From Isurus oxyrinchus (lineage: Eukaryota), in contig JANJGN010000052.1 in the NCBI GenBank assembly GCA_026770705.1, positions 930,001 through 994,000 of the forward strand: 64,000 nucleotides of DNA, given 5' to 3'. The position numbers and the translations under genes are program-made. Every line of letters begins with the position of its first letter. Positions within the stretch are counted from its first letter, which is position 1. Below, in pieces: positions 34,935 to 48,981 of this stretch. The notes beneath the pieces were generated by a model. It saw only the letters and a list, made by a program, of their open reading frames with translations. It did not search any database and was not told where the DNA came from.

Positions 34935-35495
34935 AGTGAGGGAGTGCTCAGGGGGTGCTGCACTGTCAGAGGGTCAGTGCTGAGGGAGTGCTGCACTGTC
35001 AGAGGGTCAGTGCTGAGGGAGTGCTGCACTGTCAGAGGGTCAGTACTGAGGGAGTGCTGTACAGTCAGAGGGTCAGTACTGAGGGAGTGCTGCACTGTCG
35101 GAGGGTCAGTACTGAGGGAGTGCTGTACAGTCAGAGGGTCAGTACTGAGGGAGTGCTGTACTGTCAATGGGTCAGTACTAAGGGAGTGCTGCACTGTCAG
35201 AGTGTCAGTACTGAGGGAGTGCTGCACGGTCAGAGGATCAGTACTGAGGGAGTGCTGCACTGTCGGAGGGTCAGTGCTGAGGGAGTGCTGCACTGTCAGA
35301 GGGTCAGTACTGAGGGAGTGCTGCACTGTCAGAGTGTCAGTACTGAGGGAGTGCTGCACTGTCAGAGGGTCAGTACTGAGGGAGTGCTGCACTGTCGGAG
35401 GGTCAGTACTGAGGGAGTGCTGCACTGTCAGAGGGTCAGTACTGAGGGAGTGCTGCACTGTCAAAGGGTCAGTACTGAGGGAGTGCTGCACTGTC
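34935..35495. repeat. 33-bp satellite
   Basis: Tandem units. Confidence 0.95.
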
Positions 35496-36586
35496 AGAAC
35501 TACCGTAATTCAGATGATGTTTGAAATTAGCAACATGCCTCATCTAAAATTCTATATCATCAGCTCAATATAAATAGATTAGTCCTGTATGTTTCACTTT
35601 ACTGCAAATTGTTCATGGTTTCATTTCCTTGTTAACCAGGCTCATGTGATGACTATTTTTAAATAATGTTTGTTATTTGGAACAAGGGGCCATGCCTGAA
35701 CAGATAACTGTCGGATCAAGCAGCTGGGATTTTTCTTGAACCTTGCTTCATTCAGATGTTTGCTGCTGGACATGAGATCATTAATGTGTGAATGTAGAAT
35801 CGGAGTCACCTCAGTGAACAGCAGCATTGGTTGAACAGCCTGATCTGCAATAAGAACTGCTGAACACAATGTCCGTTCAGAACAGCTCGGTCCCCGATCA
35901 GAGAAACAGCCTCAGACAGAACCAACTGACGCTGGAATCCATACAATTCATCAACGTGTTGGGAGTTAGTTTGATGTCGGAGATGGAGTGTTACTGGGAA
36001 GGAGGGAACCCGTCAGGATGAACAGCTCGATGTACGACAAGGAAAGGATGAGCTAAGAGGGGTTGGTCACGGACAGACAGAGCGTGTGAAGACTCAACAA
36101 GCTAATGGCAGGTGAAGAGCTGGAAAGGTGTCTTTTCAACACAAAGTTTAGACACAGAACTCGATGTTTGATTGGGTATTTCAAACCAGAGATACTCTTT
36201 ACAGGGTGAATGGACCTTGTCAATAATCCATCCAGCCAACCTCGCCTGGAGATTAGTCCAATATTAGACACTAAACCGAGTCCCCCGTCTGCCCTCTCGG
36301 GCGGGTGTGAAAGATCCCACAGCCACTATTTGGAGGAAGAGCAGGGGGGAGATCTCCCCGGTGTCCTGGGACCAATATTTATCCCTCAACCAACATCACC
36401 AAAAACAGATGCTCACATTGCTGTTTGTGGGAGCTTGCTGTGCGCTAATTGGCTGCTGCGTTTCCTACATTACAACAGTAACCACACTTCGAAAAAAGGG
36501 TGAACTCAACTGTAAAGTGTTCTGGGACATCCAGAGACCATGCTGTACAGAAGAGATTTGACAGGAGCAGCAAGTGTTTTACTTAC

Positions 36587-36860
36587 AGGAGAATGAGTCC
36601 CCAGGGTCGTAGAGTCAATCCTGTCAGATGAATGTCTAACTGGAGACACTTCAGGGAGCTGATCTAATTCTGGAAATGTTCAGTTTACCAGGATCGGAGG
36701 AGAGATGATCTTCCTCTCCTGACTGCATCGGACACGAGGTGAACTGGCTCTGGGAGGAGGGTCAGTGTTAACCCAGTTTTTCTGTGTTTGAGGGAGATGT
36801 GAAACTGGGGAAGTCACGTGGTTTTTTGGTGTGGTCACTCCATGTCTTTATTTGGTGCAG
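36587..36860 (-). promoter_or_regulatory. Putative non-coding exon 1 and promoter of S3
   Basis: Minus-strand donor gtaagt at 36586; motif cluster GAAACTGGGGAAGT (IRF/ETS-like), CACGTG and TGTGGT at ~36800-36836. Confidence 0.45.
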
Positions 36861-37369
36861 CACTCATTTAGTTCATGTCGTTGTTTCAATGCTACAAAAC
36901 CACAGTGCATTCTGGACTATTTCTGCCTGACCTGCTGTCAGATACACACAGTCTGACAGAGAGGCGGAAAAGTGGTCCCTAGCAACCTGTATGACTGTNN
37001 NNNNNNNNNNNNNNNNNNNNNNNNNNNNNNNNNNNNNNNNNNNNNNNNNNNNNNNNNNNNNNNNNNNNNNNNNNNNNNNNNNNNNNNNNNNNNNNNNNNN
37101 NNNNNNNNNNNNNNNNNNNNNNNNNNNNNNNNNNNNNNNTATGCACACGCATACAAACACACGCTCACACACAAACTCACACACACACATACATGCACAT
37201 TTTCTCTTTCTCTCTCTCCTTCTCTCTCTCACACAAACACACTCTCACTCTCTCCCACACATTGTCTTTCTCTCCCACACACTCACACACTCTTTCTGTC
37301 TCTGAGACGGAATGTTGGGGTTTGAGACCGTCTCAAGGTTACAGCTCAAAACGCAGACAGACTCTCCCC

Positions 37370-38095
37370 AGTGAGGGAGTGCTGAGGGCGTGCTGCACTG
37401 TTGGAGGGTCAGTGCTGAGGGAGTGCTGCATTGTTGGAGGGTCAGCACTGAGGAACTGCTGCACTCCCAGAGGGTCAGTACTGAGGGAGTGCTGCACTGT
37501 CACAGGGTCAATACTGAGGGAGCGCGGCACTATCAAAATGTCAGTAGTGAATCAGTGCTGAACTGTTGGACGGTCAGTGTTGAGGGAGTGCTGCACTGTC
37601 AGAGGGTCGGTACTGAGGGAGTGCTGCACTCCCAGAGGGTCAGTACTGAGGGAGTGCTGCACTGTCAGAGGGTCAGTACTGAGGGTGTGCTGAACTCCCA
37701 GAGGGTCAGTACTGTGGGAGAGCTGCACTGTCGGAGGGTCAGTACTGAGGAAGTGCTGCACTGTCGGAGGGTCAGTGCTGAGGGAGTGCTGCACTGTCGG
37801 AGGGTCAGTACTGAGGGAGTGCTGCACTCCCTGAGGGTCAGTACTGAGGGAGAGCTGCACTGTCAGAGGGTCAGTACTGAGGGTGTGCTGAACTCCCAGA
37901 GGGTCAGTACTGAGGGAGAGCTGCACTGTCGGAGGGTCAGTACTGAGGGAGTGCTGCACTACCAGAGGGTCAGTACTGAGGGAGTGCTGCACTGTCCGAA
38001 GGTCAGTAGTGAGGGAGTGCTGCACTGTCAGAGGGTCAGTACTGAGGGAGTGCTGCACTGTCAGAGGGTGGGCACTGAGGGAATGCTGCTCTGTC
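37370..38095. repeat. 33-bp satellite
   Basis: Tandem units; flanks duplicate those of the 34935 block. Confidence 0.95.
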
Positions 38096-38403
38096 AGACC
38101 TGCCATATTTCAGATGACATTTGAAATTAGCAACATGCCTCATGTATAATTATATATCATTAGCTCAAAATAAATAGAGTATTCCTGTACGTTTCACTTT
38201 ACTGTAAATTGTTTGCAGTTTCATTTCCTTAGAAACCAGGCTTGTGTGATCACTATTTTTAAATAATGTTAATAATAAAGATGCAACAATGCACACGCAC
38301 ACAGATACACACACACACACACACACACACATACACAGACGTTCACACTGACACAAGCTCGCACAGGCAGACACACACACATACACAGAAAGGCAGACAG
38401 ACA

Positions 38404-38448
<45 letters not shown>

Positions 38449-41400
38449 GAATTAAAAAAGTTAGAGTCCAATAAAAAACGTAAAAGAATATATGATTAAT
38501 ACATTTGCTTGTCTTTGAGAAATAGATTGCTGACGTTTGCAGCTGTTCAAGGTTAATTGGTTTCCTGTGGCATCCTGGTGGTGATTTGATTCAGATTTGC
38601 ACTTTGTTGAAGATGCTCTGTTAGCTTCAGAAAGAGAGAGAGAGAATTTCTGCTCTTTTCCAGCAGTGTTTTTGAGTGACTGCCATCTTTCTTTTTCCTC
38701 CTACTTTCTCTTATATCTGCTTGACAGAACCTGTTGTTAAACTCCTGTCTGTATATTCCCAAAGGGAATTCGATCAGCATGTCTTGCATTCATTGTTACA
38801 GACCAAGTAATCCCATTTTTTTGATGTTTGCATCTCTGAAACATTTGATGCATTTCAAGATATAGATCAACAGGAGATGGAGACATTTCATTCTCCACAA
38901 GGGGTGTTGAATGTTTGATGAATATCTGCACGGTGAGCAGATCCCATTACTTTGATAGACCTACAGTGATCAGAGTCCAGCGCTTTGCATTTTTAAGGGA
39001 GACCCTGTTTCAAGTGTACACTGACACACCTCAGTGAGAACTTTCATGCAACATGTCTGAAGTGCAATTCATTTGAAGCTTTCCAGAGAAGTGATCAAGT
39101 TTGCAGTATCAGCAATCAGGTGACTCGTGACAGCCATTATTGATCAGTGCCTAATCTTGTACTTTTGAAAAAACAGGTCTCCTTTAAACAGTTCAATACA
39201 TTTTTGGCTCGTTGATGAAGTTAAAGGAAGCTCTGTTATGACATAACAGATGGTAAATGCTGAGCTGTTCAAATCCTGGAGGGAAACTTGAAACAACTGT
39301 CACAACTAATTTCCAACTTGTATGTTTTGAGGTGTGAGCTTTAAATTCAGTAGTAATGAGGTTAAGAGGTTTAAGAGGTAATTCTGTTTACCTCAACAGG
39401 TTCACCACTTGTCTGATGCAGTCAGGAGAGGAAGATCATCTCTCCTCCAAACCTGGTAAACTAAACATTTCCAGAATTGGATCAGTGTCTCCAGTTAGTC
39501 ATTCATCTGACAGGATTGACTCTACAACCCTGGGGACTCATTCTCCTGTAAGTAAAACACTTGCTGCTCCAATCAACTCTCTTCTGTATAGCATGATATT
39601 TGGATGTCCCAAAGCACTTTACAATTTGAGTTCACCCTTTTTTCAAAGTGTAAGAGGTTTTTTATAAAACTAAATTAAACATTGATTAACAAGAAAAATT
39701 ATTTTTAAGCACACACATATATCTATAAATTGCTACTATAATAACTTCTAAATCTCTTAATTAATTTAACTTCCATTTACACTTTTGTTCAGGCAACAGT
39801 AAAACACTGAGACTTTAAAAGTCCCAGGAAAAATAAACGATACTCTGGACAGCTGAGATCAAAATGAGTTATCTTAACTTCAGTCCCTGGAGGCAGCAGC
39901 TTGGGACATGCAGGCTGATGGCTTTTCACCATTGTAAGCTCTTAAAAAGACCAACCCTTACACACAGCCTTCACTCCTTGATACATATTTTCCCCTTTGA
40001 ATGCAAATTCCCATTGTTTTTGTTTTGTCTTTGGACTTTATTTTTGTAATAATACAAATCTCTCATAGTTCTAACTTTTACCAGTAATCTTTGGCAAAAA
40101 TAAACACACTGTTTCTTATCTTCACCTGGCTGGGTGACACATTTCTCTCCTTCTTTGAAAACAATCTAGTTTGGTTTAATTTAAAATGCAAATTGCCCCC
40201 TTTACACTTCACATTCTAAAACTTCCCCATGTTTATCTAACAGTTCAAACCTAACTTCTCTTCTTCCATCAAAACACCCAGACCAGCTTCCTCTAATTCC
40301 AATAAGTCTCACACAAACACATCACAGACACATGTGGACACATAGACATGGACTCTATTTTACAATAAATTCCAATAACATTATGGAGATTATTATATAT
40401 TCCTGACATGCTATCACTCAGTCGCAGTTTCCTGTCANNNNNNNNNNNNNNNNNNNNNNNNNNNNNNNNNNNNNNNNNNNNNNNNNNNNNNNNNNNNNNN
40501 NNNNNNNNNNNNNNNNNNNNNNNNNNNNNNNNNNNNNNNNNNNNNNNNNNNNNNNNNNNNNNNNNNNNNNNNNNNNNNNNNNNNNNNNNNNNNNNNNNNN
40601 NNNNNNNNNNNNNNNNNNNNNNNNNNNNNNNNNNNNNNNNNNNNNNNNNNNNNNNNNNNNNNNNNNNNNNNNNNNNNNNNNNNNNNNNNNNNNNNNNNNN
40701 NNNNNNNNNNNNNNNNNNNNNNNNNNNNNNNNNNNNNNNNTGGTTGACGGGGAGTGAACTGGCTCCCTTTCTATTCAAACCCCATGGTTGGTCACAAAAA
40801 AGGGTTTTAAAATATATTTTCCCCCAAATGCAATTTCCAAAACAATTAAACCACGTTCGGTTGAGTCAAAGAAAGAGTTATTTTACTCGTTACCTAACTG
40901 GAGAAANNNNNNNNNNNNNNNNNNNNNNNNNNNNNNNNNNNNNNNNNNNNNNNNNNNNNNNNNNNNNNNNNNNNNNNNNNNNNNNNNNNNNNNNNNNNNN
41001 NNNNNNNNNNNNNNNNNNNNNNNNNNNNNNNNNNNNNNNNNNNNNNNNNNNNNNNNNNNNNNNNNNNNNNNNNNNNNNNNNNNNNNNNNNNNNNNNNNNN
41101 NNNNNNNNNNNNNNNNNNNNNNNNNNNNNNNNNNNNNNNNNNNNNNNNNNNNNNNNNNNNNNNNNNNNNNNNNNNNNNNNNNNNNNNNNNNNNNNNNNNN
41201 NNNNNNNNNNNNNNNNNNATTATGGAGTCCAATAAAAAATTAAAAGAGTTGTTAGCTTATACTGCAGCGTAGGCTGTGAAGTTTGAAGCTGTTTTAAATT
41301 AGTTGGTTTGCTGTAGAATCCTGTATTTCATCTGGCTCAGATTTTCACGTTGTTGAAGACACTCTGTTAGCTTCAGATATTGTTAAAGGCCAAGTACTCC

Positions 41401-42349
41401 CATTTTTTATCTTTGCATCTCCAAAACATTTGATGCATTTCAAGATATAAATCAACAGGAGATGGGGGTATTGTATCCTCCAGAGGGGGTTTTGAATGGC
41501 TGATGATTATCCGCTTGGTGAGCAGTTCCCACTGTTTTGATAGAACCACAGCTGATCAAAGTCCAGCACTTTGCATTTTAATGCCTTCCTTTTAAGAGTG
41601 TCCCTGTTTGAAGTGCACCCTGACACACCCCAGGCGTGACCTTCCATGCAACTGGTCTGCAGTGCAATTCATTTGAACCTTTCCAGAGAAGTGATCAACT
41701 TCACAGTATCAGCAATCAGATGACTTGTGTCAGCCATTTTTGATCTGTGTACAATCTTGTATTTCTTTGAAAAACAGGTCACTTTTAGACAGTACAATAT
41801 GTCTTTGGTCTGTTAGTTCAGTTGTAGGAAGCTCTTAATCGCAGTTTGCTGTCATTGGGATATTGTCTTTGTGTTTGTATTTGTGCACGTGTGTGAGTGA
41901 ATGTGTGTGTGAATGTGTGAATATGAGAATGTAAGTGTGTTTGTGTCTGTCTGTAAGCGTGTGAGCGTGTGTATGTGTGTTTGTGTATGTGTGTGTGTGT
42001 GTCTATGTGTGTATGTGAGTGTNNNNNNNNNNNNNNNNNNNNNNNNNNNNNNNNNNNNNNNNNNNNNNNNNNNNNNNNNNNNNNNNNNNNNNNNNNNNNN
42101 NNNNNNNNNNNNNNNNNNNNNNNNNNNNNNNNNNNNNNNNNNNNNNNNNNNNNNNNNNNNNNNNNNNNNNNNNNNNNNNNNNNNNNNNNNNNNNNNNNNN
42201 NNNNNNNNNNNNNNNNNNNNNNNNNNNNNNNNNNNNNNNNNNNNNNNNNNNNNNNNNNNNNNNNNNNNNNNNNNNNNNNNNNNNNNNNNNNNNNNNNNNN
42301 NNNNNNNNNNNNNNNNNNNNNNNNNNNNNNNNNNNNNNNNNNNNNNNNA

Positions 42350-42430
42350 ACTTCCCTGAGTGTGGCCGGTGTGTTTAACATTTAAGCCACACAGACAGGA
42401 TGTGGTTAAAAGGTGAAACCACAAGGAGTG
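42350..42430. promoter_or_regulatory. Candidate haematopoietic enhancer (ETS:RUNX composite)
   Basis: ACAGGATGTGGT at 42395-42406, AACCACA at 42417-42423, ACTTCC at 42350; motif evidence only. Confidence 0.4.
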
Positions 42431-44799
42431 AGTGTGTATTCCAGTGACTGTCTCTCTGTGGGTTTCCTGTGGGTTTCTGTGAACTGCCTGTGGTTTTAAA
42501 AAAAATCTTCCAACCCCACATGCACGGCATCAAATAAGGATTTGGAAGATGCAGCTCAGAGAGTAACTAGTCCCTCCTCCACTCTTCATCCTCCTGCTCC
42601 TCTGCGTCCCTCCTCGTCTCTCTCCTCATACTCCCACGCCTCCCCCTCCTCAACCCCCCACCTCCCTCCACCTCATCCTCATCTTTCTCCTCCTCCCCTC
42701 CTCCTCCTGTCGAGTCTGATGCACAGGAACAGGAAGAGGCCATTCAGCCCCTCTAGCCTCCTTCTCTATTTGACTACATCACAGCTGATCTGTATCTTAA
42801 CCCCATCCACCCGCCTCGGTTCCGTGACCCTTAACCCCCGACCCAACAACAATCTCCCAATCTCAGTTTTGAAATTTACAATTGACCCCTCCCAGTCTCG
42901 ACAGCTTTTTCTGGGGGAGAGAGTTCCAGATTTCCACCCCCGCTTTGTGTGAAGAAGTGCTTCCTGACATCACCCCCTGAACGGCCTGGCTCCAATGTTA
43001 ATGTTCTGCCCCCTTGTTCTGAACCCTCCTCACCTCAACCCCACCACCACCCCCANNNNNNNNNNNNNNNNNNNNNNNNNNNNNNNNNNNNNNNNNNNNN
43101 NNNNNNNNNNNNNNNNNNNNNNNNNNNNNNNNNNNNNNNNNNNNNNNNNNNNNNNNNNNNNNNNNNNNNNNNNNNNNNNNNNNNNNNNNNNNNNNNNNNN
43201 NNNNNNNNNNNNNNNNNNNNNNNNNNNNNNNNNNNNNNNNNNNNNNNNNNNNNNNNNNNNNNNNNNNNNNNNNNNNNNNNNNNNNNNNNNNNNNNNNNNN
43301 NNNNNNNNNNNNNNNNNNNNNNNNNNNNNNNNNNNNNNNNNNNNNNNNNNNNNNNNNNNNNNNNNNNNNNNNNNNNNNNNNNNNNNNNNNNNNNNNNNNN
43401 NNNNNNNNNNNNNNNNNNNNNNNNNNNNNNNNNNNNNNNNNNNNNNNNNNNNNNNNNNNNNNNNNNNNNNNNNNNNNNNNNNNNNNNNNNNNNNCCACCA
43501 TCCGGGGAAATAGTTTCTCTCTATCGACCCCATCGAATCCTTTATTCATCTTAAACCCCTCGATTAGATCACCCCTTAATCTTCGAGACTCGAGGGAACA
43601 CAAGCCTGGTCTGTGCAACCTGTCCTCGGGATTTAACCCTTTCAGCCCCGGGATCGTTCTGGTGACTCTGGGCTGCAGCCCCTCCGAGGACAATATCCCC
43701 TCCCTGAGGTGTGGGGTCCAGGACTGACCCCAGTGACTACAGGTGGGGTCTGAGAGGGGCTTTAGAAAACTGTGCCAGACACTTCAAAAACTTCTTAAAC
43801 ACAACCCTGTATCGAGTGCCTTAGAATACTGGGGCCAATATTTACCCCCAACTAACACCCTAAAAACAGATGGTCTGGCTCATTCTCACATTGCTGTTTG
43901 TGGGAGCTTGCTGTGCGCAAATTGACTGTGGTGTTTCCTACATTACAACGGGGATCTGCACTTCAAAGATAGTCCTTCATTCCCTGAGAAATGTTTTTGA
44001 ACAGTGGATGCTGTGGAACAGTAGGAAACATGGCAGACAATTTCTGCACAGCAGGATCCCACAAACAGCAGTGAGATACAGACCCAGAACATCTGTTTTT
44101 TTTTAATGATGTTGGTTTAGGGATAAATATTGGTCCCAGGACACTGGGGATAACTGCCCCACCCGACTCCATACCCACCCCCTACACTTCACCCAAAAAG
44201 TGTCCATGGGGTTTTTGACATCCATCCGAGGTGTCCACTCTGTGCCTGTTCCAGGATCTTGAGGCTCAAGACCCAACACTGGGTTCACTTTGAGCCTATC
44301 CAATCAGGCACAGGGACTGTTCCCACAAACTGCCAGGCCCTGACTTAAGGCTATTGATCCCGCGCGGCATGAGAGGGATGATGGGTTGAAGGTCATCTTT
44401 CACCCGAATCCTGTCTTAACAACATTGTAAACGCAGTGGAAAAATCCCACTGGCCCCTTGTATCTTAACAACATCGTAAACATGACCTAAAGAATCCCCT
44501 GGTCACCCCTGAGTGTTTCTAATATTGTAAATACAGTGGATATATTTCCTCCATCTTCTGAGAGGTAAAACTATGACACTAGAGCACCACCACTGGCAGG
44601 AGGGTGTAACTACAATGTGACATGTTTACATGGGAATGTTACATTACAAATGAAGGTACATGATTGTAAATAATGAAAAGGGCATGTGATAACAGGAAAT
44701 GGTGCCTTGGAGAATGCAGTTATTCACCAGAGTATGGTATTTCATTTGAAAAACAATATAGAGAAATGTCTGAGCATTTTAATTGCTTGTTTTTTATAT

Positions 44800-45850
44800 T
44801 CATTTATGGGATATGGACGGAACTGGCGAGGCCAGAATTATTGCCCATCCCTAATAGCCCTTGAGAATATGGTAATGAGCTGCCTTCTTGAACTGTTGCA
44901 GTCTATGTGGTGTAGGTACACCCACAATGCTGTTAGGGAGGGTGTTCCAGGATTAGGACCCAGTGACTGTGAAGGAACGGCCGATATATTTCCAAGTCAG
45001 GATAGTGAGTGACTTGGAGGGTAACTTCCAGGTGGTGGTGTTACCATGTATCTGCTGCCCTGTAATTCGAGATGGTAGTGGTCGTGTGTTTGAAGGTGCT
45101 GCCTAAGGAGTTTTGGTGAGTTCCTGCAGTGCACCTTGTAGCTGGTACACACTGCTGCTACTGTGTGTCGGTTGTGCAGAGAGTGAATGTTTGTGGATGG
45201 GGAGCCGAACTAGTGGGGCTGCTTTGTCCTGAGTGGTGTTGAGTTTATTGAATCTTGTTGGAGCTGCACTCATCCAGGCAAGTGGAGAGTCTTCCATCAC
45301 ACTCCTGACCTGTGCCTTGAAGACGGTGGACAGGTTTTGGGGAGTCTGGAGTGAGTTACTCACTGCATGATTCCCAGCCTCTGACCTGCTCTTGTAGCCA
45401 CAGTATTTTTATGGCTAGTCCAGTACAATTTCTGGTCAATGGTAACCACCAGGATGTTGATAGTGGGGCATTCAGCAGTGGTAATGTCATTGAACATCAA
45501 GGAGCGATGGTTAGATTCTCTCTTATTGGAGATGGTCATTGCCTGACACTTGTCAGCCCAAGCCTGGATATTGTCCAGGTCTTGCTGCATTTGGACAAGG
45601 ACTGCTTCAGTATCTGAGGAGACGTGAATGGTGCTGAACATTGTGCAATCATCAGTGAACATCCACACTTCTGTCCTTATGATGGAAGGAAGGTCATTGA
45701 TGAAGCAGCTGAAGGTGGTTGGGTCTTGGACACTACCCTGAGTAACTCCTGCAGTGATGTCCTGGAACTGAGATGATTGACCTCCAACAACCACAACTAT
45801 CTTCCTTTGTGCTGGGTATGGCTCCAACCAGTGGAGAGTTTTCCCTCTGT
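44800..45850 (-). mobile_element. Non-LTR LINE RT 3' fragment
   Basis: GVTQGSVQDPTTFSCFINDL...MFTDDCT (PQGS/FADD-like motifs). Confidence 0.9.
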
Positions 45851-47090
45851 TATGATGTGGTAGATGATGTGTGCCGGGGGACCAAATCCACAAGGGAAAC
45901 TTGGTCACACTATCACAACAGTTTTGCGATTTGTATTTATTATGAGATGTGTGCACTGAATTCAGGAGTAATGTGTCAACCAAGACATTTAGAGATCTTA
46001 AAAATTAAATTTTAATATTTATTTAAGATTTAAAGCACACACATAAGGATACGGTTACTACTATAACAAATCCTAAACTTCCTAATTAACCTTGAAGATG
46101 GTGGACAGGCATTGGGAAGTCTGGAAGTGAGCAGTAAAACTCCTTTTAGGCAATAAACCAAAATAGATTTTAGATTTAAAAACAGAACCAGCAAGTTAAC
46201 ACAGAACACACTTGAGAGTGGATTTCCAAATGGCTTTCTCGAACGACAGTCGCTGAACATAACAGACCTATGGACAAATGCCTGGAGGCTTCTTCAAGGC
46301 TGATTCACACACTCTTGTTAGATTTTACATGATCCCCAACATAGCCTTTCATTCTCCTTTGTTGATGTTTCTCTCTCTTTGATATGTAAATTTCATTGTT
46401 CCATATGTCTTTGGAATGATACATTTCCCATAATATAAAAACTTTCATGTTGCCAATGTTGTCAATAACCTTTGGGAAAAATAAACACACTCCTTTGCCT
46501 TGCATATCGGCCTCGTTGTAAACAGACCAACAGCCCTTTGAAATCCAAACAATCCCTTCACTTACCTAAAAATTAAAATTCTCTTTCTCACCTCACATGC
46601 AAAGAAAGCCTCCATGTTCACTCATTAGCATTTCAAGTACATTTCTACACCTAGCTTCTTTTGATAATCTCAAACTTGCAGTCTACCTGACTCCAGGTGT
46701 AATTAAACCACACAGACAGACCCATCTACACTCACACCCATAAACCTAGTTTACAACAAACCAGGAAAATATTAAGCAAATTATTATACTTTCGTACCAC
46801 CCCTGATTCCCATTGACTCCAGTTTTACTCGGGATCCTAGATGCCACACTCGGTCAAATGCAGCCTTGATGTCAAAGGCAGTCACTCTCACCTCACCTTG
46901 TATTAACAGATGTTAAATTATACATAATTCATAAGCTTCTCACAATCTTTTACAGCATGGAAAAAGGTGCAGCATTCAGAAAGCTCACTCAGAACCAATA
47001 AAAAAAAGTTGAGCAACATCATATTTCTGTTCATTACTATTTGGCCATGTTGGCTGCACACACCCCACAGCCCCGCTCCCTGTTTCACAC

Positions 47091-47339
47091 TCAGTTTTTC
47101 TGGAACCTGATCTGTGCGTATTCCGTGTCCTCGCTCCTGTGCACAGTCCTGTCACCGCCGGGCAGCTTTGAAAAGTTGATGTTGGCGTAGAGAAGCTTGG
47201 CGGGATTGTCGGGGTTCCCATGTCCAACATCGCCTCCCACTGGACCTTCAGAGAGATCCCGGGGAGCTGGGGTCTCCCCCTCACTAGTTGTGTCTCTGGT
47301 TGTGTTCCGGGGCTCAGTAATCAGCACGTTCTGTTTACC
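47091..47339 (-). CDS. Locus S4 distal last exon with ITIM (LLYANI) and ITSM (TEYAQI)
   Basis: ctgtag acceptor; phase 0; open to TGA at 47091-47093. Confidence 0.88.
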   Translation of the reverse strand, partial: GKQNVLITEPRNTTRDTTSEGETPAPRDLSEGPVGGDVGHGNPDNPAKLLYANINFSKLPGGDRTVHRSEDTEYAQIRFQKN

Positions 47340-47830
47340 CTACAGAGAAATGGAAACAGAAGATATCCTCACATCAATTACTGGTACTGATAGGGTTAAA
47401 TTATTGTGCAGCCTCATTAGTGTCAGTCGTATCTCAGTGGGTTTAACCCTTTTTTTCACTCTCTTTCTCTGTCTCTCTCGCTTTCTCTCTCTCTTTATAA
47501 TTTAATCTCTATCACACTCCAACAGTGCAGCACTCCCTCAATACTGACCCTCTGACAGTGCAGCACTCCCTCAGTGCTGACCCTCCGACAATACAGCGCT
47601 CCCTCAGTACTGACCCTCTGTCAGTGCAGCACTCCCTCAGTACTGACCCTCCAACAGTGCAGCACTCCCTCAGTACTGACCCTCCAACAGTGCAGCACTC
47701 CCTCGGTAATGGCTCTGGTGAGTGATGGCTTGGAATCTGCACACAGGTGCCTGGTGTGAGGCTCAATAACATGAACCTTGTAATCAGAGAGAGGATGAGA
47801 GAGAGGGAGAGAGGAGGGACAGAGACAGAG

Positions 47831-48764
47831 TGTTATTAATCTATTAATGTTTGTATTATAAATGCAAACTGTCTTTTTAAACAGAGGTTTAGTCTGTGTG
47901 TGTGTCTGTGTGTATTTTAATTGGATTAAAGCCAGCCAGTCTGGGTGCTTTGATGTATAGTAGTTTTCAGATGTAAACAAAGAGGTAAAGTGGTAATTTG
48001 CATTTTTAAATAAAACATTAAATGCCTGAGAGTGAAATCTTAAACCAATCAACGTTTATATTACTAATAAAATTGATACGATGAAAGGGGATTTATTATT
48101 GGAAGAGATGGAGTTCAAAGGTCCTGATGATACATTGCGAATTTACCTTCAAACAGAAGCCATAAGACCATCAGATATAGGAGGAGAAATTAGACCATTC
48201 GGTCCATCGAGTCTGCTCCACCATTCATACATGGCTGATATGTTTCACAAACCCCATTCTCCCACCTTCTCTCCTAACCTTTGATCCCCTGACCAATCAA
48301 GAGCCCATCAATCTCCGTCTTCCTTACACTCAAGAGCTGGGTATAACTTGAGCAGTTTTGTGTGTGCAGAACAGAGGCTTGTAACATCAAAGCAGCTGTA
48401 AGCCTACACCTGTCTGCAAAGGAACCAAAGTGAAAGGAACCTCATTTGGAATTTGTGAGGTGAAAATGCTTTGCCTGGGTGTCTGCTTAAAGATAATGGG
48501 TTGTCTTAGAGGAGATTAGTTTGAGAATTTGTTAAAAATTTATGATGATACTAGTTTGTAGCCATGTGCATATGTTTAACTTGTGTAAATTAATATATGT
48601 CTCAAGTAGTTTGATATAAAACCATCTCAAGAACTGGTGGTCTTATTCCTGAATTTAGAGCTGCATCTCAAACATTCCACTGGGAAATATAGGTTATGAC
48701 AGTTGTTTAAAGTTTCCCTCTGGGATTTTAAACAACAGCCTTTACCAGTTTCTGTGTCATAATA
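47831..48764 (+). mobile_element. Solo LTR-like element (duplicate of 50929-51683) with a short CR1 insert
   Basis: High similarity to the 50929 copy; extra ~48160-48330 segment. Confidence 0.6.
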
Positions 48765-48899
48765 GAGAGACAGCATGATACTGAACCATTGCTGACTCCA
48801 CAGATACAAATCAGTGGGTAACTGGGCTGGGAATCTGGGACATGTGTTGTCTACACACTGAGATTGAAGCTTTGGAGTGAGTGTAAACAGCTCCTGTAC

Positions 48900-48981
48900 C
48901 TGGTGCTTCACACAGAGTGAACTGGGGGTCAATGCAATGTCTCTGGTCCCTGAAACTCTCTCCTCCATCGCTGTCTTTCTC
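48900..48981 (-). CDS. Locus S4 distal first cytoplasmic exon (RKTAMEERVSGTRDIALTPSSLCVKHQ)
   Basis: ttgcag/gtac; 82 nt, phase 2 to 0. Confidence 0.82.

Noticed and set aside
35900-36220. Possible decayed Ig exon (HPDGFPPS-like string)
   Set aside because: There is no Cys/Trp framework or consistent splice sites.
36873-43693. X-rich ORFs spanning 36999-37139, 40438-40740, 40907-41218, 42023-42348 and 43056-43494 (also 57106-57257)
   Set aside because: Artefacts of assembly gaps; exons hidden inside the gaps cannot be excluded.
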